This document shows positions 52,190 through 64,000 of a DNA stretch of 64,000 nucleotides, one piece after another (position 1 is the first letter of the stretch; every line of letters starts with the position of its first letter). Below the pieces are notes generated by a model that was not told where the DNA came from, ran no database searches, and was given only the letters and a program-made list of their open reading frames with translations. The stretch is from the human T2T-CHM13v2.0 reference genome, Homo sapiens: NCBI RefSeq assembly GCF_009914755.1, contig NC_060934.1. One strand, 5' to 3'. The position numbers were made by a program, and so were the translations under genes.

Positions 52190-55094
52190 TTCAAGCTTCA
52201 TCAGACACTGGTTCTTGGTTGGTCAGATGGCTTTCAGAGCTCTTAAAAATTCATATGCAATTGTACACAAGCACAAATAAATGTGGGAGGCACAGGATAA
52301 GCACACCACACATAGATTTCTTAATGAAGTAAAGGTAAAGAAAAATAAATAAAAGTAGGATTTATCTTTACTTTTCAACGGCAGCTGACTGGCCATCAGG
52401 AAATCTATTTCATGTTTATTGGGGGATAAAATCTACACTCCAAAATTCAGGTAGAAGAGAATGGAAACTCACAAGACAGGAAGACTGAGCAGAAACAGAA
52501 CCATCTGGTAACCTGATTAAAATGATCATTTGACACTTGCAGGAAAATGCTATGAAGCCCAATGGAGTAAGCACACTTCTTTAAATCATATCCATCAGAA
52601 ACTCTTACACTGCGGGATAGAAAGGAGAAAAAAGAAAGTTTTTTTTTTTTTTTTCCTGTTACCACCCACATCTTTCTGGTGATCACATCCCCTAGCCTAT
52701 ACAAATTGAGCTTTTTCCTCAGTTACGTGCCAACTTCTTATCGTAAGAATGTTCTCTGAGAATTGTCAAATGACAAGACATCTCTTTTCAGAATTAATGA
52801 AACTTTTCTATTACTCATTATTCTGCTGTCAAAATTGAGACCAGCAAGAGAGCAATGAAAATCAGAATTCCAAAGGAAAGAAGAACGCTGTCAATTCACT
52901 GTTGGGAATCTTGGCAGCAAGCCAAAATCCTATCAACATAGGAGGGATATTTTCATCTTCTAATTGCTTCTTATGGCTACTTCCAGAAAATGTAGACTGT
53001 TCACATCTTGATGAAAAGGGGTAAAAAGCTAATGCTGCTTCTGAAAACTTTATTATTGTAGCATCCCTGAGTATAAATTTTTTAGACACCTCTATAAAAT
53101 TCTGTTAGATATGTAAATTGTTTCAAACTGATAAAAATGCCTAACAATTACCTGATCCATAGTGCTGTTCCTTTCTTGTCTTGGCAGGAAAGACAAAACT
53201 GTCTTAAGCAGAGATTATTCTTTAGAATTTATAAGGATAATTGATGGTGAGAAAAATAAATCACTGGGGTGTCCTATTGTCACACAGAATTTATTAGAAT
53301 TTGTCCTAATAACCATAATATGATGATTTGTCACAGCTTTGCTGGCGACAAACACAGGAGTCAGATTTTACAAACTCTGTTGAGTTTAGGGCAATGATCA
53401 CATGATGATTGAAATAATCCAAATATTTTAGCTGCATTCTGTCAGCAGCTATTTTTAGATATAAAAAGTTTTCAGAAAGAGGGTGACAAAACAAGGCCTA
53501 TATTGTTATATTGAATGCAGGTGTCAAACCACAGAGGATCCAAGAAAAAGATTTTGTAAAACAAGAAGTTCTTTACTTTTCCTTTACCATAACTCCCAAG
53601 CCTATGAGCACTAAGTTCGACAGCAGAACACGACTCAATAGATTTAGAGGTCTGGACCCATGAAAAGCTCAAGATACAGCTGATTATCCTAGCTAGCACA
53701 CAACTTCACTGGGAACAGTCGACTGCTGATCACTCCTCATGTGTAACTTATTCTCCTTAATCATTTTATTAATGCAGACTCACATAACTACATCTCGGGA
53801 TCCTCCGGGTACTACGTTAACTCTCAGGCTTGGTTTTTGGACTTTCCAGATGCAACACTCAACTCGATGACTGAATCTCCCATCTTTCCCCAACTGCCAG
53901 GTACATTCATGCCTGCTCCCTTCCTCCTGGGCTGACCCTCTATGGGGAAGGTCCTTCCTTTCATCTCTGCGTGGTGAACTCCATTTCATTCTTCCAGAAA
54001 TAGCACGTGACAAAGCTGGACTAGCAGCAGCTCCTGTTGACCAATGCTTTCCTCTGTGTCAGGCGCCGTGCTGGTCATTCTATAAATGTTATAAATGTTA
54101 TTGCATCTACTCCTCCCCAGGTCCTCAGCCTGAGAGAGAGACAGCCCCTACAGCAATTTCTTCCTCACTGCTCTGGACATCAGCCCCGTGTGAGTCACCT
54201 AGCACCCGACCCTGGCAGGTCCCAATCCAGGAGGAGGCAATGACCACACAGCATGTCAGATGCTAGGTGGAAAGAGCAAGGTGGAACAAGTGGGGTAGGG
54301 GCAGGGCCACAGAGAGAATGTCGTGGATGGCTTCCTGGCTGACAGGACGTGAGTGAGTCCTCCTGACTGTTGAATAAAAGAAGTCCAGTGAAGAAGGTGG
54401 TGGAGGAGATGAACATGGATATGGACGATGATGACTGGGCCACGAGGAAGGTCACCAGAGAGCCCAGGATGAGATTCAGCCATATGCCTAGGGAAAGGTT
54501 CCTTCCACCAGTGAAACCTGCACTGGAGGAGACAGAGCAGGAGAGCAGAGGGCTGGGTTGACCCAGAAGTGGGGCTTTTCTGGACATTAAGGGAGGCTGA
54601 TAGGGCAGGAGCAAGGCTGTGAGAAGTCTGGCAGACTAGGAAATCATGGAAAGGTTACGAGGGTCATTTATGGGTGGCTTCCAGGTAGGTGGCACTTTGG
54701 TCCCTGTTTTCTGCCAATATCCTCCATATTTTCCTCTGAGTAATTGCCTTTTTCCTATTTTCAATCTTTGTCCTTTGGTGGAGTTGACTCCACCAAGGGT
54801 GGGGTCTTGGTGCCACTCAGGCACCTTACACTGTGGTGTAAGGAGCTGCCTCTCTCTTCCTCTGTTTGGGGCTGTGGCATTAGAATGTGAGTTATGGGAG
54901 CTGCTCTCGCCATTTGCAACCACAGGGTGTGCACAGGGGTGGCTGGAGGTGATGCCATAGAAAGAATGAAGGTGGAGCTTCCCTTCAGGGCACTCCCTGT
55001 CCAGGTATACAGAACCCATCATTGAGATATCAAATAGCTGCATCAAAACTTGCCTGAAGTGTGTTTGTTCCCCTGTTCTTTTGCCAAATGGAGC

Positions 55095-55735
55095 TAGGCA
55101 GGCGGCATACCCCACCCTCCCGGGCTCAGCAATTGGTCCTCAAGAGCTGGGTGCTTCACTTAAGTTCTTCTTTCAGTGGTTGCCAAGGACATTGGAAAAG
55201 AGAGTTCACATATTCTCAAAGGAGAAAGAACTTAAGAACCATGGGATCCTGGACCTGCCAGTAGCCATCTCTGCCTCCTGGACCACGTGATCCTCGACCT
55301 GCCAGTAGCCATCTCTGGGTCCTGGACCATGTCATCCTGGACCCGCTAGTAGTCATCTCTGCCTTCTGGATCATGTGATCCTGGACCCTCCAGTAGTCAT
55401 CTCTACCTCTTGAACCATGTGAGTCTGAACCCACTAATAGCCTTCTCTGCTTCCTGAACCATGTGATCCTGGACCTGCCAATAGTTATCTCTGCCTCCTG
55501 GACCATGTGATGCTGAATCCGCAAATAGTCATCTCTGCCTCCTGAACCATGTGATGCTGGACCTGCCAATAGTCATCTCTGCTTCCTGTGGACAGATCCA
55601 GATGGATAATGAAAACTATGCAGAGGAAAGTTCAGTAGAGTGAGGGAGACCGCGTGAGTCGATAAACACCCTCTGTGCTTCAGTTATTTTGAGTTGGGTT
55701 TTCTGTTACTTGAAACAAATCTGTCCAAATAATAT
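55095..55735 (+). mobile_element. Old ERVL-type LTR relic hosting a minisatellite
   Basis: 3' end TTTTGAGTTGGGTTTTCTGTTACTTGAAACAAA resembles the LTR16/33/MLT1 terminus. 5' boundary uncertain. Confidence 0.5.
55237..55588. repeat. Minisatellite, 8 x 44 bp, consensus RACCATGTGATCCTGGACCTGCCARTAGTCATCTCTGCCTCCTG
   Basis: Eight units align without gaps; 8 x 44 = 352 bp spans 55237-55588 exactly. Confidence 0.95.
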
Positions 55736-56678
55736 GCTTAGACTGGAGCAGTTGTGAAGTCCAGAGTGGGAGGCAGAATGTGGGTGATGGGGAGGGAATA
55801 AGGACTTACCTGGGGTTTCATCATTGCCTGGAAAGGTTGTGAATTTGGGTCTTGTTCACTCCCAGGCGTGACTGCTGCGCAGCTCACCAGCCTGGCTGTA
55901 CATTGCCATGCCAGGTACCGCACTGGTGATTAAGATTCAGGGGCAGACTCCCACTTTCCAAATGAGGATTTTCTCCTCTTTTATGCATACTCATCCACAA
56001 ACTCCAAAAAAAGTTTCATCTATAGATGTGAAAATTCAATCTGAGTATGGTGCCCATATTGAATCAACACAGCTGGGGTTAATTAGAATTTGGAAACAAG
56101 AATGATTTGTTCTAATAATGATCATGATGCTGTCATTTTCCAAGTGACCAAAATCTACTAATTTTATCTTGAACCAAGGAATAAAAGGTATATTCTAAAT
56201 GTATCCTGCCCCTCAGCTTTGTGAAAAAATTAAGATGTACTTATCTTGATTAAACATTGGTTTATCTTTTGGTAACTATCTTGAAATGCAAATAAAACTT
56301 GATAGAGAGTTAAGCAGCAGCTCTTCATTCCTCTTTATTTTATTTTATTTTATTTTATTTGGGTCAATCCCTTCTATTCCTACATATATGAAGAAAACTG
56401 GGCTATCTTGGTTTCTCAGTCTTGCCTTGCTAATCTAATTTTATCATCTTTAGCCACTGATACAGGTATCTCTTAAGCATGAGCATTTGAATTCTTCTGA
56501 ATTTAATTAAAAGAGCAGCTTTGATTATGGAGAGATGGATTCTCTTCAATTTTGCTATCACAGTAAGCAAAGGCTTTTCTCCCTTGTTATGATTAAATGC
56601 TTAAGAATGTGTCTGGACTCCTGAGCTTGGTCCTACCACCTGCCTTTTGTGTATTCTCTCTCATGCAGTCAGAGTAAC

Positions 56679-56785
56679 TTTTTTTTTCTAAATAACAGCA
56701 TTATTGAGATATGCTTCACATACCATAAAACACAGCCTTTGAATGCACATAATTTGGTGGTTTCTACTACATTCATAGAATTGTG
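56679..56785 (-). mobile_element. L1MB/MC 3' end fragment
   Basis: AATAACAGCATTATTGAGATATGCTTCACATACCATAAAA...TACATTCATAGAATTGTG. Confidence 0.7.
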
Positions 56786-58039
56786 GGAGGGATCTTTAGT
56801 AAGTGCACCCCCACCCTTCGAAGCCTTCCAAGAGCTCTACAAGACTCACATTTGGTTCACAATTTCTTTCCTGTCGTATCCAGCACAGTGTTGAGCAGAT
56901 AATAAGTGCTCAATAAATACCTGTAGAAGGAATGTACCCATTCTTTTAGGAGAGGGCTTAGCTCCAAGATCTACTAAATATAGTAACCTTATTTGTGTTC
57001 TGGCAAAAGCATCATAAACCAGAATTTTATAAACAATAAAATGCTATAGGTTTTCGTTTTCACTTGACAACATAAATTTAGATCATCCATGAGGGGATGT
57101 GCATATGGTTCGTTCTTTAGATAGAACACACTCGTTTTATCTAATTTCAGCCTAAGAAATTTGAGAGATGATCCCCAGATTATATGCCAGAAGGAATCTG
57201 TTGAACAATTTTTAATTGAGTGTTTTAGCAAGACAAGCAGGAAAACAAGAAGCTAATAATTGATCAAACATTTGTTTCAAATGGAACTCTTTGAAATTAT
57301 ATGCTAGAATTTGCCAACTTGTTGAAATAACTAAGCCACCCACTGAATATACCCAAACCACTTTCTCTATGAGGCTTGCAGAACAATTTTGGGGTATAAA
57401 AATATGCACAGGCTAAATTACCCATCAACACAAAACTGAATATTCTTATCCTTAAATCTCCATGTGACTAAAACTAATTACTGTTATAAGTGAAAATACA
57501 TATTTCAAAAAGCTCCCAGTGATGCCAAAAGCATTCAGACTGAAGCACCAAGCAGGTGTTTTAACAATGTCCTTGAAAATTTCCCTGCCAAAATGCTAGA
57601 ACGAACTCTTGTTTGGTTTACCCCTTAAAGCAGGGACCATCTGCTGACTTGACCTTCCATAGACATAGCAAAAGCAAATTAAAGCAAGTTCCTTCTATTA
57701 GAAAGCAGCTTTCCAAACTGAGATGAATTCCAGGCTTAGCAAAGGTTTTGCTACCACTCTGTAGAAAATAACATACTGATTACAAAAGTACAATTTTATA
57801 ACGTGACCCAATAAATCACTTCAAAAATATGGCTAAAATCAGGACACTGGAAACCACTATAATGCAACAAGAAGCATCAATAAGAAGCTGGTTAGATGAA
57901 TGAGGGTTCATTGAACATGTGGCATTCTGTGTGAGCATTAAAACAAGAAGGAAGAAGCTTACAGCTACTAAGGAATGATTGTTGGCCGTGGTCGTATGCG
58001 CAGAACACCAGATGCAGAATGACAAGGATTATGTGGTCA

Positions 58040-58245
58040 CATCCTGGCTCGACCCTTCATTAGCCACGTGAGTTAGTCAAGTCCCTCCCCTCCCTCTGTT
58101 TCTCTATCTGTAACATGGGGGAGGGTAAGAGTTTCTACCCTGTAGGGTTGCTACAAGGTGCTCCTCTGAGATAACATTTATAAAGCACTTAGAATGGTGC
58201 CTGACATATAGTACCTATTATATAAATATTTGCTACTATTCTCAT
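58040..58245 (+). mobile_element. MIR
   Basis: CTCTGTTTCTCTATCTGTAACATGGG...TAGGGTTG...TAAAGCACTTAGAATGGTGCCTGACATATAG. Confidence 0.8.
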
Positions 58246-58294
58246 CACCATCATTATAAGCAGTAGCAGAACACAGCCGTGTTAATATATGCAT

Positions 58295-58450
58295 GGGCTG
58301 TCTCTGGAAATGTATATGAGAGACTGGAAGCAGTGGCTGCCTCTAAAAGAAGATTCTGGAGGGTGTGGGAGTAGATGGTCAGAGGAAGATTCACTGATTG
58401 ACAGTACCCTTTTGCAGTGATTGAGTTTCTGTGTGCATTTGTTTCATGGG
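58295..58450 (+). mobile_element. L1ME-type 3' fragment
   Basis: CTCTGGAAATGTATATGAGAGACTGGAAGCAGTGGCTGCCTCT...TACCCTTTTGCAGT. Confidence 0.5.
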
Positions 58451-61156
58451 AAAAAGCACCAAATTTTTAGAAAATGAAGAAATTGGGCCACTAATGAGAG
58501 CAAACGTTTTTGAGAAGAGTATCTATGATGTTCGTTATGACTCAGCTTGGAGTCCTAGTTAATCACAGGTGGCTATGCACAGACCATTTTTGACTCTAGA
58601 ATAGCAGCTTTCTGGAATGGGACCCTCGGCCCAGCCCACCTCTCACGCCCGCTGGCTGGATTAGGATGCCACTCGGCTGCTCGCCTCCCAGGCCTCCACG
58701 CCTCATCCCTTACCCTCACCTTGGTGACTCTCATCCACCTGGGAGAGTCAGCCCCTCGCTGGGCCATTTTCCTGTCCCAAAGCCTTCTCTGACACCCATT
58801 TTCCCATGGCACCTGGTCCAAGCCCCTGGGGCTGGCTTTGGAGGTCCTCTAGCTTGTCTGACCACACCCATCTGTCCAGGCCAGCCTCCCCATACCCACA
58901 CTTCCTGCTCACATCTGTGACTTCTGTGAGGGGCACTCAGCTGTGGTTCTGGTCTACCTGGGTCCAAACCAGCTCTGCTCCTGAAGGTACTGGCTGTACG
59001 GCCTGGATGGCCTTTCCCTTTCTGGCATGCAGGGATAACACTCCCCACCAGCACTACTGACAGGGGTGGTGGGGGAAGGAGGTACATCCTCGGCACAGGG
59101 ACAATCCCATGGTGCCTTCCTCTTTCCTGTGGCCTCTCCCTGGCTCTGGCTGCCCTTCCATAACTCAGGGTTTCAATCCATGTTAAATATCTGGGGGAGG
59201 CCACAGGACAGGGCCTTCCCCTTGAGGAATTTGTAGTTCAGCTCAGGGCCCCCCCGAAATCACAGCCCTTAATAGAGTAATCAAGGGCTTAGGTTCTGTG
59301 TGGGAATCTGTGAGGGAAGTGTGCTAACCAAGGACTAGGCCATTAGGAAAACCTTTATATAAAAAGTGATACATGATAGGTAAACTGAGGCCAGGAGGAA
59401 ACTGGAAAGGTGCAGGAGAAGAGAGCAGGCACATCCATTGGAAGGTGGAGGGCAGAACTCAATGAGGAAGACAAAGACTCAGTTCAAATGCAAAACTCAA
59501 GCCTGCAATGAAAAATAAGCCATTTTTCAAAAGCAGAATGTGTACCAGTGACAGTAAATTGTGTATTTGTCACCCCCGGCACAACAACAGCTTTAAGGAC
59601 TTGTGTAAACAGCACAAAAAAATCAGGGGTGTTAGCCAAGGTTCATGGTATTCGCAAATGGCATCAATATTTTGACTAGTGAGAGCTCACGAGTTGCCCT
59701 TGTTTTCTGGCTAAAGGCTTTATGCTTGCATTCCTTGAAGACATCTGTATTATTGTCATAGCCATGAACCCACCCCAGGGAGGCAGCAATATTCCCTTTC
59801 CCCAAGTCATATGACTGTGGCCTTTTGTTTTCCCCTTTCGAGGGTTTGCTTTGCCATTTGGTGTTAAAAAGCTTTTGCTCACAGCTTGCTTCTTTTAAAA
59901 CAGTCTGAGAGATTACAGAGAAGATAGTGAAACTCCCTAAATCACACACTGATGTGCCCTCTGTAGACATGTCTTAGTTGTTCCTGCTAAGGGTCCCAAT
60001 CCTCACTCCATCCCAGCAGTATTTAAGTGACTACTTTGTGCAAAACACTGTAATGAAATTGGGAAGATAAAACTTCGCCCTAGCCAATGAGGATGAGCTA
60101 CAGCCTTTCCTACAACAGCAAAGCCCACTTCGAACTTCAAAGAATTCCCATAAAGATTAAAAAGCAAACTCCAGGCAGGCACAAGTCAGCCTGCTGAGGC
60201 TTGGCCATTTGTTTCCCAACTGTTACAGAGCTCGAAAGCTCTCAATTTCGCCCCTGCCAAGATGTATTCCATCAGAGCCTTCTACATAAATCACAGCTTG
60301 TGATAGATCTGTTGTTTCAGCCTCAAGAAACTGTTAGGTCTGAGTAACTCCAGGAAAAGGGCTTATCCTCCGGGATCATAAATCTTCTCTCCTGACCGTC
60401 ATGTGAAACGCATCACACTGCTTCAAATGTTCCTTCCGACGCATCCTTTATTAATGATGCCTTTGGTTTTGACCATTTGGAATGTTGAATGTATATCAAA
60501 AGCCCAGGGGGCTTCGTAGGTCAGGGAGGTGGCCTCCCTCCCTGCCTGGAACTTAGCCAGGCCACCAGGGTGACCCCGGCAGAAGGCCAGAGGACATTGC
60601 CTTGGGGCCAAACAGAAAATTCCAGATTTTGAAAGATGATCCATGAGGTACCCCCAAAGGGCTTCTCATCCACATGCACACCCTGAATCTTCAGTTCTTG
60701 AGGCCTTTTCCCTATAACTTCCCATGCACTGTGGTTTTGCCTGAAATCCCACATGACAATTAAGGAGAATATTTTTCTGTTTCTCCTGTTTTCTTGGTGC
60801 TCATCTTTCCAACTCTGAGCTCAAGAATCAGGGATGTCAGCAAACAAATCCTGGTACATTAATAAAACAATGTTTAATTAGTAAAACCATGAGAGTGAGA
60901 ATATTTTTTATAAGAAAACTGATTAAGATGAATGCACTTTTATAATAATCACTATAAAAGGCTAACCATTAGTTACCTAATGAATGTCCTAAATACATTG
61001 TGATCTTTGAAAAGATGAACTAAAGTTTACCCAGAAGAGAGCAAAGGTTACTGAGAAAAAATAATCAGTCCCATAGCTTTCTACAAGGAAGAAAAATAAA
61101 TACCTCAAATTTATGAAGTTATCATAGGAAAACAGAAAAGCCTGTGCATTTGGAAC

Positions 61157-61785
<629 letters not shown>

Positions 61786-61982
61786 CTATTTTCTAATTGG
61801 AAATACAAGAAGCTTTTAATTACATGGAAGTATAACGTAAATAAGGATTTTTTGGTACTAGGTACTTCAGTCACACTGAGCTGCTATGAATAACAGTGAC
61901 ATGATTGTGATTATAATCATTAATCATTATCAGCAACAAAAGCAAAATACAGTTGTTGAGTGTGTGTGTGGGGGGGCAGGGG

Positions 61983-62103
61983 GTGGTGACTATCATCCAC
62001 ACTGAGATACATTTGGAGTGAGAAGGGACACTATAATACACGTGCCCCGACAACAGGCGTAACTTGGGCCATCACAGGTAAACATGGACACGTATTCCTT
62101 CTA
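61983..62103. mobile_element. MER94-like (hAT-Blackjack) MITE
   Basis: GGTGAC...GAGTGAGAAGGGACACTATAATA...GACAACAGGCGTAA...GGACACGTAT resembles the recalled MER94 consensus. Confidence 0.55.
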
Positions 62104-62124
62104 ACTATGTTGTTCACCTAAATC

Positions 62125-62240
62125 CACATCAACTCACCAAGGTAGGTATTCTTATGCCCATTTTGCAGAGGGGGAAACCAAGGCTTGTTCAAGGTCACAC
62201 AGCTGGTGAACAGAACAGCTGGGCTTGGAACTGACTGCTA
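62125..62240 (-). mobile_element. MIR
   Basis: AGGTAGGTATTCTTATGCCCATTTTGCAGAGGGGGAAACCAAGGC...CAAGGTCACACAGCTGGT. Confidence 0.8.
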
Positions 62241-62729
62241 TGCATTGACTTTTCTGGGCAGACTCAGCCAACAAGAGACATACTGAGGGCATCTTGGTAC
62301 TTCCTCCCTGCAGGTGCTTGGGTCTGTGAGGTACCCGAGGCAGAACAGATGGCAAAACCTTCATTCTCTGTGAAAGGGCCTGAGAACAGGTACTGTGGGA
62401 AGGGGAGCACAAAGGTGCTGGGCAATGGGTCTGCCTTGCCAGGGCCTCACACACCCATCCCACAACACTGGCTTCATATTTGCTTTATCCATGTTCAAAG
62501 GATATCCAATGTCTGGACACAAAAGTGAACCCCAGAAACAAACCCTCCAGAGGCAGAATGTACTGTTCTACCCCAGTTCTCATGTGGCATTAGGATAAGA
62601 AGGGCAGCTGCCAAATTAGGATCTGTAGAGATGTCCGGGGTTATGATAAAAGTGAGACATTTAGATATTTGTGATAAATATTGATGCCAATGCCTCCCTC
62701 CCATCAACTGCACAGCTGCATCACGCCTG

Positions 62730-62870
62730 ACCTCGTGCTTGATGCTTTACAGACATCACGTTGAAGCCTCCCAGGCCTGCAAGGTAATGTTACCCTCAAT
62801 TTACAGGTGAAGCAAATGAGACAGAGATTGCAGGCAGTAACTAACAGGGCCAGAATGTGGTGCCAGGCCT
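62730..62870 (-). mobile_element. MIR fragment
   Basis: TGCTTTACAGACATC...TTTACAGGTGAAGCAAATGAGACAGAGA. Confidence 0.55.
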
Positions 62871-64000
62871 GGAGAACTTCACAGGTCCCATGCTTTGCTC
62901 TGTAGTTGTACAACTCTCATGGCTCAGGCTATTTGGGGTTTGCTCTTGGATAAAAAATAACAAAAACAAAAATCCATTGCTACAACTTCCAAAGGATTTA
63001 TTACCCCAGATGTCATGCCTGACGACGTGTGACCTCTGAGATGAGGGCCTGTTGCAGTCGTCCTTAGCGCCTCGAACAGAGGTCCTGGTGACCTGCTTCG
63101 GGAGGCTCTGCTCAGATTGAACCATTGGTGTGACAGCCACATCACCTCAGGCCCCCAGGCCTTTTCTCCCCGTGGGCCAGCAGGGAACCTTTGCTAATCA
63201 GGACTTACATTAATCTCTTTAGCTATGTGCAACACAGACATCAGTGGTCTTTTTCTTTTAAGATTGGCAGAGCTATAAAATGTCCACATTTTATAGAGAA
63301 AAGGAATGTCCATAAATCCAATTGTAAGTGTTACTACGCTATTATATTTTAACAACTCAGAGGTTTCTGGTGAAAATCCTTATAGTTGAACAACCTTAGT
63401 TGAATATAATAGTTTATAATTGACATAGATATGTTGCAATTGTCTAGAAGCCAACTTTTCTCACAAAGTTTAGGTTCTGTGAGACAATGAGTAAATTTAG
63501 ATGCTGTTAGTTAAACCATCCATTTAACGGGTACATTAATTAATGCCACCTATTTAAAGAAACATTTGTTTTTGGATAGACTTTCCTCTTATTATCAGAC
63601 AATTCTGGGCAAGTAAAAAAAATTATTGTCAGTTTGTAGGCAAAATAGGAAATGGGCTTTCTTCATTGAACTAGACAATCAATGGGAATCTACCTGAATC
63701 ATATTTGTCCAAACAAGGCCACTGGGAATTGGAAATGAGATGGAACCAATGGGGAGACAGGAGCTGGAAAATTCTGGATTTTGCAGTGGTCATAAAGCAG
63801 CTCCTCGCCGTACCAAGTAGGACGTCTCTGAATCTCAGCAGAGACTCAGCCCCTGTAGGAGGAGGCTGAGAGGTCTCCTTCAAGGATGACACATGCCCAC
63901 AGGGCCAGCCAGCCATTCGGAAGCCTCCACTCTTCAGAGACATGTGTGTCTGTGCGTGGCAATGTGAAACGTGACTAGGGCTTAGTTAACTCTCTGAAGA

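Noticed and set aside
54370-54561. Protein-looking acidic ORF (VVEEMNMDMDDDDW...)
   Set aside because: TTG start; lies in purine-rich sequence resembling antisense L2; no family recognised.

Overview
Primate genomic DNA (catarrhine, probably human, because AluY and an L1PA element are present). It appears entirely non-coding: I found no credible protein-coding exon, tRNA, rRNA or CRISPR array. The window is a mosaic of interspersed repeats: 15 Alus, about 9 solo LTRs (MER51A-like, 2 MST, THE1B, MLT1C, older ERVL/MaLR), L1 3' fragments including an L1PA with an ORF2 zinc-knuckle remnant, many L2/MIR relics, and hAT DNA transposons (MER1A with a perfect 8-bp TSD, 2 MER20, 2 MER58A, MER45A, MER94). 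There are two minisatellites: a ~22-bp purine-rich array at 1.9-2.8 kb that produces all the long ORFs in the track, and an indel-free 8 x 44-bp array inside an old LTR. Unique stretches between repeats carry several enhancer/promoter-like motif clusters. 8 of 9 LTRs and 5 of 7 L1 pieces lie on +, which suggests an intron of an unidentified minus-strand gene. I found no evidence of a novel biological system; the findings are modest structural and regulatory leads. Repeat family names come from recalled consensus sequences, not a RepeatMasker run, and boundaries of old elements are approximate.
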